From the NCBI GenBank assembly GCA_963706955.1, contig CAVPOC010000002.1, positions 192,001 to 256,000 on the forward strand: 64,000 nt of DNA, read 5' to 3'. The DNA comes from an uncultured Verrucomicrobiae bacterium (GTDB lineage: Bacteria; Verrucomicrobiota; Verrucomicrobiia; Chthoniobacterales; Terrimicrobiaceae). The translations under genes and the position numbers were made by a program. How positions within the stretch are numbered: position 1 is the first letter of the stretch; the number at the start of each line of letters is the position of its first letter. The notes under the pieces were generated by a model. That model made no database searches and was not told where the DNA came from. It saw only the letters and a program-made list of their open reading frames with translations. Below, one piece after another: positions 28,296-37,816 of the stretch.

Positions 28296-29381
28296 CTAGT
28301 CGTTGAAAAAGTGTCTTCCGGTTCGACCTGCTTCGGTCTGGTGATCGACCTCGTAGTAAACGTCTTCAAACACGCTCTCGACCGACGGCGGCTCGCTTTT
28401 GTCGGCAAATTGCGCAGCCGCATTAGCTTCGGCCTTTAACGTGGCGTCGATCGCCTCGTACTGCTCCTCGTTGATAACCTTTTCCGCTACCAGCCTGTTT
28501 TTGAAAATCCGAATCGGGTCGTGCTCGTTCTTGTATTTTTCGATTTCCTCCTCCTTGCGATAGCCGCCCTTGTGCTTCGCGTCCGCAACCGAATGGCCAT
28601 AGTAGCGGTAGGTATCGAATTCGATAACTGTTGGCCGAGACTCGTTATGCGCACGTTCCAGGGCGGTCTGCGTCACCGCGCGAACCTGATAGACGTCCTC
28701 ACCATCGGCCTGTTCCCACTCAATACCGAAAGCCTCCGCGCGCTGGGCAAGACATTTGTCGACGACAGAAGAACGATCCTGGCTCGTGCCCATCGAATAC
28801 TTGTTGTTCTCGATGATGTAAATGACCGGCAGGTCGAAAAGAGATGCCATATTGAGGCATTCGTAAAAACAGCCTTGATTCACCGCGCCGTCGCCCAGGA
28901 AACACAATGAGGCGCCTTTCAGGCCCTTATACTTGATCCCGTAGGCAAGACCGAGCCCGAGCGGGGTCTGTCCTCCAACGATGCCGTGGCCGCCCCAGTA
29001 ATTTTTGTCCGGCGCGAAGAAGTGCATCGATCCTCCCTTACCCTTGGAGCAGCCGGTCGCCTTTCCATAAAGCTCGGCCATGCATTCGTTCATCCCCATT
29101 CCAGAGGCCAAGGCATGACCATGGCCACGGTAAGCCGTGATCACGTGGTCATCGTCGCCCAGCAGCGAGACCGTTCCCACGGCAATGGACTCTTGTCCGA
29201 TGTAGAGGTGGAGAAATCCACCCATCTTGCCTTGGCTGTAGAACTTGAGCGACGTCTGCTCAAAGCGCCGGATACGAACCATCTCGTGAAGGAGGGAGAT
29301 CTTTTCTTCCGCGCTAAGTCCGGAATTTACAGGAGCTTTCGCGTAATCGGCGGGAGTGGATACGGCTGCGGTGTCTGTCAT
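28296..29381 (-). CDS. pdhA: Pyruvate dehydrogenase E1 alpha subunit
   Basis: GFLHLYIGQE, GKGGSMH, TPP motif GDGA…ENN, TYRYYGHS. Confidence 0.96.
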   Translation of the reverse strand: MTDTAAVSTPADYAKAPVNSGLSAEEKISLLHEMVRIRRFEQTSLKFYSQGKMGGFLHLYIGQESIAVGTVSLLGDDDHVITAYRGHGHALASGMGMNECMAELYGKATGCSKGKGGSMHFFAPDKNYWGGHGIVGGQTPLGLGLAYGIKYKGLKGASLCFLGDGAVNQGCFYECLNMASLFDLPVIYIIENNKYSMGTSQDRSSVVDKCLAQRAEAFGIEWEQADGEDVYQVRAVTQTALERAHNESRPTVIEFDTYRYYGHSVADAKHKGGYRKEEEIEKYKNEHDPIRIFKNRLVAEKVINEEQYEAIDATLKAEANAAAQFADKSEPPSVESVFEDVYYEVDHQTEAGRTGRHFFND

Positions 29382-29552
29382 TTCTTACAATAGTGGTTTG
29401 GAATTGCGCCTCCGCTCCCGCGAACCTTCGGGCCCCTCCTAGCGTCAAGACCAACTATCATTTGCTGAGCGCTTGATTTTGACAACTCGGAAATGGCGGG
29501 ATTTTCTTTTCAAAGAGGCGTTCTTCGCTTGGGATATCGCTTCGTGAGACTG

Positions 29553-30242
29553 ATGAGGATCTTTCCGCTTGCCATCCTAGCCGCGTTTTTCGGCCTGGGC
29601 GGGTGCGCCATCGTCGAAGACATCAAGAAAAGTCAGGCCGAAGCCCGCGAAGAACGCGAGCGGGCCGAGCTGCGCAAGCTCGCGTTGGCAGAGCACGCGG
29701 TCTTTCGCGAGGCCGGCGGATGGAAAAAGAGGACCTACCGCAATCAGGCACTTCTTTCCCAAGCCACCACCGACAACGTGTCACTGGAGATTTCCCTTTC
29801 CGAACAGCGCGGTATTCTCCTGGTTCGCACCGCTATTGCCATGGATTTTCCGGTAGCGACCGGCCGCAAGTCGCATCCCACTCCGGCCGGTGATTTTGCG
29901 ATTCGTGCCAAAGAAAAGGACTACGCATCAAACCTTTACGGAAAGATCTATGACGCCATGAACGTCCTCGTTGTCAGTGACGCTGATGTCCGCAGCGACA
30001 TAGTTCCAGAGGGTGGTCACTTCGAAGGGGCGACCATGCCCTATTGGATGCGGCTGACGGATTCAGGGGTCGGTATGCACGTAGGTTACGTCCCAGGGCG
30101 TCCTGCTTCACACGGCTGCATCCGATTGAAGCGTGACTCTGCTACAGAAATCTTTGGGCTCGTGAAGGTTGGAACGCCGGTTGTGATTGCCGAGAGCGCA
30201 CCAAGCCTGACCCCTGAGCCGAAATCGGGCTCAACCATGTAG
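29553..30242 (+). CDS. L,D-transpeptidase (YkuD) lipoprotein
   Basis: Lipobox LGGC; ATGR…TPAG, MPYWMRL, GMH…ASHGCIRL. Confidence 0.9.
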   Translation: MRIFPLAILAAFFGLGGCAIVEDIKKSQAEAREERERAELRKLALAEHAVFREAGGWKKRTYRNQALLSQATTDNVSLEISLSEQRGILLVRTAIAMDFPVATGRKSHPTPAGDFAIRAKEKDYASNLYGKIYDAMNVLVVSDADVRSDIVPEGGHFEGATMPYWMRLTDSGVGMHVGYVPGRPASHGCIRLKRDSATEIFGLVKVGTPVVIAESAPSLTPEPKSGSTM

Positions 30243-31281
30243 ACCAAACTCGAGCTGCTCGCCGCAAGGATTTCGAAATTTCCGCGATCGACAGCGACAT
30301 CGGCTCCTTTTCGAACCCCTCGCGGGCCACGGCCACTTCGAAAAGACGCTGGATTGCCTCTGCCTCGGAGCCCTCGCCGCGCATCCGAGTTCCGAACCGC
30401 GGATCATTAAGCGCGCCACGGCGAGTGGCTCGGATTCGATCCAGGATCTTGTTCCGCGCACCGGGAAGGTGTGTCGCGAGCCAGTCTGAGAAAATCTCCT
30501 TGACGCCGTATGGTAGCCTAAGTAGCACGTATCCAGCCTCTTGCGCCCCGGCAGCGCGCGCCGCAGAAAGAATCGCTGGAATCTCATGATCGTTGAGGCC
30601 GGGAATCACAGGCGCGATGAGTACCCGAACCGGGATGTTCGCGGCGCTCAATTGCTCTATCGCTTGCAACCGGTGCCGAGGAAGGGACGCCCTGGGCTCC
30701 AGCCGCCGCGCGAGCTCTGCGTTCAACGTCGTAATCGAAAGGTTGACATTAGCCGCCCTCACCAAAGCGAGCTTTTCCAGGATGTCTAAGTCTCGAGTCA
30801 CCAGATGATTCTTCGTTACGATCGCCACTGGATTTCGAAACTCAGCCAGGACTTCCAGGCATCGCCGCGTGATCTGCAGCTTGCGTTCGATCGGCTGGTA
30901 ACAATCTGTCACTCCGCTCATGGCCAGAACCTGTGGCTGCCACTTGGGCGAGGAGAGCTCGCGGCGCAGGAGCTCTGGCGCAGATAGTTTGACCATGATG
31001 CGCGTCTCAAAATCAAGGCCCGCCGAAAAACCAAGATACTCGTGGTAGGGACGAGCATAGCAGTAGGCGCAGCCGTGCTCACAGCCTCGATAGGGGTTCA
31101 GGCTAGCCCTAAATCCAATATCCGGACTATCCGAGTAGCTGATCAATGTCTGCGTGTCGTCGCGCAAAAATTGCGTTTGCGGGTTGCGCGCCTCGTCAGC
31201 AAACTCATCGTCGAACTCGACCGTCAGTCGCTCAAAACGGTTGCGCGGGTTGCTGATTGCACCACGCTTCGGCAAGTTCAC
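30231..31281 (-). CDS. PA0069-family radical SAM protein (frameshift near the 3' end)
   Basis: NPYRGCEHGCAYCYAR, SGVTDCYQP, APVIPGLND; the natural-looking C-terminus QLEFGLHG lies in another frame ending at 30231. Confidence 0.88.
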
Positions 31282-31293
31282 TGCCCGACAGCC

Positions 31294-31866
31294 CTACTTT
31301 GTGCTCTTCTCGAACTTATCCAACTTCGGTCGAATGATCGCGCGGCTATACGGATAATTCGGATTATTGGAATAGAAGTCCTGATGATACTTTTCAGCAG
31401 GATAAAACTCCTCTAAAGGCACAATCTCAGTGACGATCGGATCCTTGAAGTTTGCTTGAGCCGCCGCTTTTGACTTCTCAGCGATAGCTTTCTGCGTTTC
31501 ATCCTCATAAAGAATGATGGATCGATACTGCGGTCCCGAATCGGGGCCTTGACGGTTGAGCGTCGTGGGATCGTGGGCCTTCCAAAACAGATCAATGATC
31601 TCAGCGTAGCTGATTTTATCTGGATCGTAATCTATCTGAACAACTTCCGCATGTCCCGTTTGACCAGTGCAGACGTCTTCATAAGACGGGTCTGGCACAT
31701 TCCCTCCGGCGTAACCGCTAGTCACACCCAGAATTCCCGGGACAGTTTCATAAACTGCTTCGACACACCAAAAGCATCCTCCCCCGAGGATCGCACGTGC
31801 TTTTTTTTCTGCCGCGCTCATTGAGCTCAACGCTAGCACAGCCATCACCAAAATCCACGCTTTCAC
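31294..31866 (-). CDS. msrA: Peptide methionine sulfoxide reductase A with signal peptide
   Basis: GGGCFWCVE, GHAE, RQGPDSGPQYRS, AEKYHQ. Confidence 0.95.
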   Translation of the reverse strand: MKAWILVMAVLALSSMSAAEKKARAILGGGCFWCVEAVYETVPGILGVTSGYAGGNVPDPSYEDVCTGQTGHAEVVQIDYDPDKISYAEIIDLFWKAHDPTTLNRQGPDSGPQYRSIILYEDETQKAIAEKSKAAAQANFKDPIVTEIVPLEEFYPAEKYHQDFYSNNPNYPYSRAIIRPKLDKFEKSTK

Positions 31867-31904
31867 ATCATCGGCCGAATTATCGGCGGTCCTCCTTACT
31901 CAAA

Positions 31905-32210
31905 TTACCAATTCTCAATAAGCATGGCTAAATCATCTACGACGCTTTCGATTTTTTTCAGATCCTTGCGACGTCCCTTATCCGGCTTGAGCTGTCGGTG
32001 CCGTAACAGAGTAAGCATATCGCGAAGATCTCGAATCTTTGGACCTGACGAATTGCCACCTGCTGATTCCACCGCTTTGCACACCCGCTCAATCTCAGCA
32101 TCTAACCGGGCCGCATAGCTGCTGGCCGACTCCCGCAATTCCGCCCGCAAGTCCTGCAATTCGCTCACGACCGCCTTGCTCGGAGAAGCTTCACTTCCGT
32201 CGTTCTTCAT
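31905..32210 (-). CDS. Hypothetical helical protein
   Basis: MKNDGSEAS…KPDKGRRKDLKKIE; TATACT 9 nt upstream of this ATG; the longer tracked ORF would run through a parS site. Confidence 0.6.
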   Translation of the reverse strand: MKNDGSEASPSKAVVSELQDLRAELRESASSYAARLDAEIERVCKAVESAGGNSSGPKIRDLRDMLTLLRHRQLKPDKGRRKDLKKIESVVDDLAMLIENW

Positions 32211-32372
32211 TCTGCTTGGAGTATAACCACACTCTCTCCCGTTTCTCAACAATTCCGAAACAGAGCCTAAGCCATGCTCTGTGCGCTGTCGATTAAACGC
32301 TCTAACCGACGCGCTTATAGTAGAGTAATCCCTCTCTCGCACCCCTCCACCCAAGATCGTCCTCACGTCACC

Positions 32373-32388
32373 TGTTCCACGTGGAACA
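32373..32388. promoter_or_regulatory. parS site (ParB binding)
   Basis: Perfect 16-bp palindrome TGTTCCACGTGGAACA matching the parS consensus. Confidence 0.9.
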
Positions 32389-32444
32389 GCGGACCTATTA
32401 AGACGAAACAATTTAGGAAACGCATTCTTCATCTCCTTAAGGTA

Positions 32445-32619
32445 TGTGAATAACCGGCCAAACTATTGTTCCAGCATGTGCCAGATTCTGTTCCACGGCG
32501 CCAGTCACCCGCGAATAGCATGTGGATGACTTCAGAAAAAAGCCCGGTCTGCCATCCACGTCTTCGAGCTTTACTCACGCTGGACGTCTTCTAAGGGGCT
32601 TACTAACATCTCATTCACA
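32445..32619. other. DnaA-box-like cluster (candidate oriC)
   Basis: TGTGAATAA (32445-53, TTATTCACA on the - strand), TGTGGATGA (32521-29) and TCATTCACA (32611-19) in a lower-GC non-coding stretch between two parS sites. Confidence 0.5.
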
Positions 32620-32635
32620 AACCCATGAAAAAAAG

Positions 32636-32651
32636 CGTTCCACGTGGAACA
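32636..32651. promoter_or_regulatory. parS site (second copy)
   Basis: CGTTCCACGTGGAACA, 15/16 identical to the first. Confidence 0.88.
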
Positions 32652-32696
32652 AGCGTGCAATCACTAGCTCGGACGTTTTTCGCTAGCGCAAGTAGG

Positions 32697-33472
32697 ATGC
32701 TCGGAATCTGGCTCGCAGCAGGAATCGTCCTCCTGGGTTGCTCGTCGGAGAACAAGTCGGAGGCGTTGGCGGTGGGAATGGATCTCTCTTACCCTCCGTT
32801 TGAGACGATTGATGAAAACGGAAAGCCGATCGGGAATTAGCATTCAGCCTCGCAGAGGCCCTGGCGCAGTTTCTCGGGCGTCCCTTGCGGATCGAGAACA
32901 TTCCCTTTGTGGGTCTGATCCCCTCTCTCCAGAACAAGCGGATCGACTGCATCATCAGTTCGATGACCGATACCCCGGAGCGGCGGCAATCGATAGCATT
33001 TTCGGATGCTTATTTGACGATCGGACTTGCCCTGCTGGTAGGCGCGCGATCCGATCTCTCCAAGGCCACCGACCTGGATAGCCCCGAGCGCACACTTGTT
33101 GTCAGGCAAGGCACCACCGGTGAACTCTGGGCCAGGAGCAACTTGAAGAAGGCCAAGGTGCTTTCGGTTGAAAAGGAAAACTCGGCGGTGCTCGAGGTGG
33201 TGCAAGGCAAGGCAGACGCTTTTCTCTACGATCAGATGAGTGTGTGGCAGAATTGGCAAAGACACCCGGAGTCAACGCGGGCGATTCTCGCACCCTTACA
33301 GAAGGAGTATTGGGCGATCGGTCTTCGCAAGGACAACGATGAACTGCGTTTGAAGATCAACGCCTTCCTTAAGGAATATCGGGAGAAAGGGGGCTTCCAG
33401 AGGCTGGGCGACGAATTTTTAAGTGAACAAAAGAAGGCCTTCGAGCGAGAAAATATTCCATTCTATTTTTAA
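32697..33472 (+). CDS. Polar amino-acid ABC transporter substrate-binding lipoprotein (frameshift near 32835)
   Basis: Lipobox LLGC, VGMDLSYPPFE; continues in another frame as FVGLIPSLQNKRIDCIISSMTDTPER…QGTTG. Confidence 0.85.
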
Positions 33473-33503
33473 GTGGTCGCGAGCGGGTTATAATTGCTGG
33501 ATC

Positions 33504-34236
33504 ATGAATTTTCGAGGGCTCATCGCCGGATTCGCCGCGATACTCATCGGAGGCTACGAAGGGAGGGTGGCTGTCGCAGAAGAGGCTTATACCAGGTCAC
33601 GAGAAGGAATGGTCAAGAACCAATTAATGGCCGGCGGGATTACCAATCCCGACGTTCTCAAAGCCATGTCGGACGTGCCACGGCACGAGTTCGTTCCCGC
33701 CGCCATGCGGCCGTTTGCTTACATGAACGGGCCCCTCCCGATCGGACATGGCCAGACCATTTCGCAGCCCTTCATCGTTGCCTATATGACACAAGCTCTG
33801 GAGCTTACGAAGGAGGACCGGGTCTTAGAGATAGGAACGGGCTCCGGCTACCAGGCGGCGATACTGGGCAAGTTATGCAAAGCGGTATATACGATTGAGA
33901 TTGTGCCGGAGTTGGCACATTCCTCCCAGCAGCTTCTCGCCCGGCTCGGTTTCGAGAATGTGCACGTGAAAGCAGGGCGACGGATATCTCGGGTGGCCTG
34001 AGAAAGCTCCTTTCGACGCAATCATTGTTACCTGTGCACCAGATCATGTCCCGGAACCTTTGGTGAACCAGCTCAAGGAGGGGGGACGATTGATCATACC
34101 GATAGGCGAACAGGGAACCGTTCAGCAATTGGTGCTGCTGAGAAAGAGAGAAGGCAAAGTACTAAAGGAGAACAAGTTAGATGTTAGATTTGTTCCCATG
34201 ACGGGGCAGGCGACAAACGGATTGACGGACGATTAG
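33504..34236 (+). CDS. pcm: Protein-L-isoaspartate O-methyltransferase (frameshift near 33975)
   Basis: VPRHEFVP, PLPIGHGQTISQP, VLEIGTGSGYQAA; then APFDAIIVT…GGRLIIPIG…VRFVPM in the next frame. Confidence 0.9.
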
Positions 34237-34256
34237 CCCAGCTGTTAGGAAGACGC

Positions 34257-35040
34257 GTGAGCAGTCTGCTTACCAATTTCCTCGATAAGCCTCGCTCCCC
34301 CGCCCCGTTGTGGGCGAGAATAGCTACCGTAGGGTTTCTGTTTTTGGCCCTTTCTCTCTCCTGTTGGGCTTTGCTGGCCTCCACTACCACGAATTGGGGG
34401 GCGGTGTGGAAATACCGAAACGCATTCTGGCAGGGCTGGCTGCTTACCGTCCTGCTCTCCGTGGTTTCGCTTGTGCTTGAGCACACTCGTCGGCCTGCTC
34501 GCAGCCCTGGCGCGCCGGTCCAACGTGTTGATAGTTCGATATGTATCAATAGGTTACATCGAATGCGTGCGAGGGATGCCGCTGCTGGTGCTCATTTTGA
34601 TGTTCTTTTATGTAGTGGCCAATGCCATGGGAATTCACGACCGCCTGCTGGTTGGTGTGGTGGTGCTTTCGTTTTTCGCGGGCGCATATATTGCTGAGAT
34701 CATCCGCGCCGGAATTGAAAGCGTGGGTGCATCGCAGCTGGAAAGCGCGCGCGCCATTGGGCTGACTGTAGGACAAACGTATCGTTACGTCATATTTCCG
34801 CAGGCGTTGCGGCAAGTGCTTCCCCCCTTGGCGGGGCAGTTCGCTTCCATCATTAAGGACTCTTCGCTGCTCTCAATCATTGGACTCGCCGAATTCACCT
34901 ACACCGCGCAGCAGGTTAATTCAGCCACTTATAGCACCTTGGAAAGCTACCTTCCCCTAGCCGTCGGCTATTTGATCCTCACTCTCCCGATCTCGCTCTG
35001 GTCGCACGGTTTGGGAAGGAGGTTGCGTTATGAAACCTAG
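34257..35040 (+). CDS. Amino-acid ABC transporter permease (frameshift near 34470)
   Basis: RGMPLLV, AYIAEIIRAGI…QLESARAIG, IFPQA, IKDSSL. Confidence 0.88.
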
Positions 35041-35404
35041 CCTTGTTCTGACCTTCGCTGCCGCCTTCTGCGCATCTGCCTGCACGAAGGGCACCCAGAG
35101 CAATGAACAGCCAGCGCGTGCAATTGAGGGGTTACGTTGGCCCAAGAAGGAGGATGCACTCGTCGCAACGCTTCAGAAGCGGCAGGACGCCAATCTTGTC
35201 CGACTCGCTCAACAACGCGCCATTGACCAAGCGGCAGCGAAACGAGCGGCCGCCGAATTGGCTGCTGCCGAACGAGCTTACAAGAGGAAATCGAGCCGTG
35301 CTCGGAGGGTTCCGCCGAGCATGTATCGCACCGCCGAACCGCCGTTGCCCGAGCCAGACCTCTCTCTCCCCATCCAGGAAATTCCACAGTCCTCTCCTCC
35401 ATGA
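35030..35404 (+). CDS. Hypothetical exported/lipoprotein
   Basis: Signal-like N-terminus (…ASAC); overlaps both the permease stop and the ATPase start. Confidence 0.55.
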   Translation: MKPSLVLTFAAAFCASACTKGTQSNEQPARAIEGLRWPKKEDALVATLQKRQDANLVRLAQQRAIDQAAAKRAAAELAAAERAYKRKSSRARRVPPSMYRTAEPPLPEPDLSLPIQEIPQSSPP

Positions 35405-36127
35405 CTATTCAATGCGCGGACGTTGAAAAAACCTTCGGGGACCACCGGGTTTTGAAGAGCGTCAGCTTTAACGCCACTTTCGAGCACACGATGGCGTTCA
35501 TCGGGCCTTCAGGCGGCGGAAAGTCGACTCTCCTGCGCATTATCGCCGGGCTTGAACACCCCGACGCCGGCACGGTCCGTCTCAACGGCGGTCCGCTTAT
35601 CTATGAGGAGAAGGCACTGAGAGCGCACCGTCGCAAGGTCGGCGTCGTCTTCCAAGCGTACAACCTCTTCCCGCATCTTACGGCGATGGAGAATGTTCTG
35701 CTCCCATTGGAAAAAGTTCATCGATTTCCGGATGCGCATCAACGAGCCGATGCTGTTTTCGAGCGCTTGCGCCTCGGTGCCCACACCGGCAAGAAACCGG
35801 CGCAACTCAGCGGCGGTCAGCGCCAGCGAGTCGCCATCGCCAGAGCGCTCGCGATCGATCCAGAGTTCCTCCTGCTGGACGAGCCCACCTCCGCTTTAGA
35901 TCCCGAGATGACCGCTGAGGTGCTCGATGTCATCGCAGATCTCCGCGAGACCGGTCAACCGGTGGTCCTGGTGACCCATGAGATGGGTTTCGCTCGAGAA
36001 ACTGCCGATCTGGTAGCCTTTATCGCTGACGGATCTGTTGCAAGAGTGCACGGAAGCGCACGAGTTCTTCAACAGGCCCAAAACTGAAGCCGCGCGCAAA
36101 TTTCTGGCCCGAGTTCTCAAGTATTGA
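35401..36127 (+). CDS. Amino-acid ABC transporter ATP-binding protein (frameshift near 36045)
   Basis: GPSGGGKST, LSGGQRQRVAIARAL, LLLDEPTSALDPE, VTHEM; C-terminus EFFNRPKTEAARKFL in another frame. Confidence 0.9.
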
Positions 36128-37034
36128 GCGGCACCGCGGAGCGTTCGTTCAGCCAGGACAAAATGTCGGCAAGCACAAGCTCCTTGTCCCAATCGTTCCA
36201 AAGCAGGTGGTATGCCTGTGGGTAGAGGCGAAATGTTTTGTCGATGGCCGCCAGTTGATCGAACCACGCGCGGACCTGCTCCGGGCGGAGGAAAACATCC
36301 TGACCAGCGGCCAGCACAAGGCAGGGCGTTTTCATCTCGGCCGCGACTTGAGCACTGCCTTCAATCAACCGTCCCAATTGATGGAGAAAGCGAAAGGTAA
36401 AGGCGGTGAATGTAATGCGGTGCACTGCGGACGCGGAGTTCAAATTCTTCATCCCGCGTCACCTTCAAGGGTTCCAGCTTTCCGGATATGAACCAGGAAG
36501 GGAAGAAGCGCAGGCCTGGCGCAACACGCGCTATCGTCCGAACAATCTGGCGAACAATCCAGGGAGTCGGCTTCAATAAATCGACCACGGGCACCGAGAA
36601 AATCGCGCCGGCCATCGGCTGTGCGAAGCGCTTGCCGGCGAGCATCCACGCCAGAATGAGCGCCCCCATGCTTTCCCCGCACACCCACAAGCGGCCTTTC
36701 ATCGTTAATGGAGTGCATGGCGTTAGCAAAACTCGAGATGTCACGCGAAATATCCTCCAGATCGAGAGCCGCACCGCGACGCGGCCGATGAGGATCGCTG
36801 CCCTGGCCGCGCAAATTCAGCGCAAAGCACGCCAAACCTGCTTTGTGAAGAACCTCGCCGAACGTCAAGAAAATCTGTGGCCGCGCCGCTGAGGCCGTGC
36901 ACGCAAACCACCGTTCCGCGTGACTTTCCCTCCGGCAACCAACGCTCACACGGAAACACCACCCCGTCCGGGGCCTCCCATTCGAACTGCGTTAGACTAG
37001 ATTCGGATTGCTTTTCCACGCCCCTCGCCAGCAA
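36117..37034 (-). CDS. Lysophospholipase-like alpha/beta hydrolase (several frameshifts)
   Basis: Fragments VCVHGL, LRGQG, GESMG nucleophile elbow, PCLVLAAGQD, YHLL. Confidence 0.75.
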
Positions 37035-37042
37035 TTTCGCGC

Positions 37043-37568
37043 ATGCGCACCGTGCTCGTCAATATTCTCGCGGCCTGCTCGAGCTTCGTCACTCTTCTTG
37101 CCGGCCAGCTCGACGTCGCCGTGATTCAGTTTCCGGAGCAGAAGACCCAGCTGAACTTCAGAGCGCTTTCGCGACAGTGAACCTCTTTGAGCTGACAATG
37201 CCGATCGGACACGAACCTCCAACGCCTACCTAAAAGGCGGCTACGTTCTCTTCGCTCAACGCCTCCGGGCTGTGCCTGGCTCGAGCTTCTCCACATCGAC
37301 ACGCCTGAAAAATTCAAGCGCCAGCGTGACCGGCCGCTTGGATCACGCCTCCATCGCGCTCTCGATCTCGCTCATAGAGGGCATCAAAGCCGGATTGCGG
37401 ACATTTCGGAAAAAGGTTTACACAGGCTCCGGCCCGCTTCCGCCCGGGGCACCCCATGTTCTCGGTGTTCGCCAAGTGCGCGGACGTTCTTCCAACGTCG
37501 TCAAGGACCAGACGAGAATGCAGAGCTATTTTCTTACGACGGTGGTTGTCGCGCAATATGCTCCCTAA
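37043..37568 (+). CDS. Hypothetical exported protein (two apparent frameshifts)
   Basis: Reconstructed by hand: MRTVLVNILAACSSFVTLLAGQLDVAVIQFPEQKT / AELQSAFATVNLFELT / ADRTRTSNAYLKGGYVLFAQ…VVVAQYAP. Confidence 0.5.
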
Positions 37569-37816
37569 GCCCAAGACGTTATCCTCGCCGAGACGCTTCA
37601 CTTCAGCGGACGCTGGATGAGACATGATCGGATAAGATTTGAATTCGAATACTCGATACATCTATTGGGAAGCGCGCTTCGCTGGCGCCCTCCATTTAGG
37701 GTTCATCGGCCGAGGCGTAATCTGAGTTCGTCTGCGGCACGCAGCAGTGGGCATCGCTAAGACCGGTGGAAGGCCTCGCTTGACGCGCCCAGAGGCCGCA
37801 GAGAGTATCCGCCGCA

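Noticed and set aside
32211..32432. N-terminal extension of the 31905-32432 ORF (and the 32625 start of the SBP)
   Set aside because: Both extensions translate the parS palindrome (VPRGT); better starts exist at 32210 and 32697.
37314..37661. 115-aa minus-strand ORF
   Set aside because: No recognisable motifs; the opposite strand gives a more protein-like, signal-peptide-bearing product.
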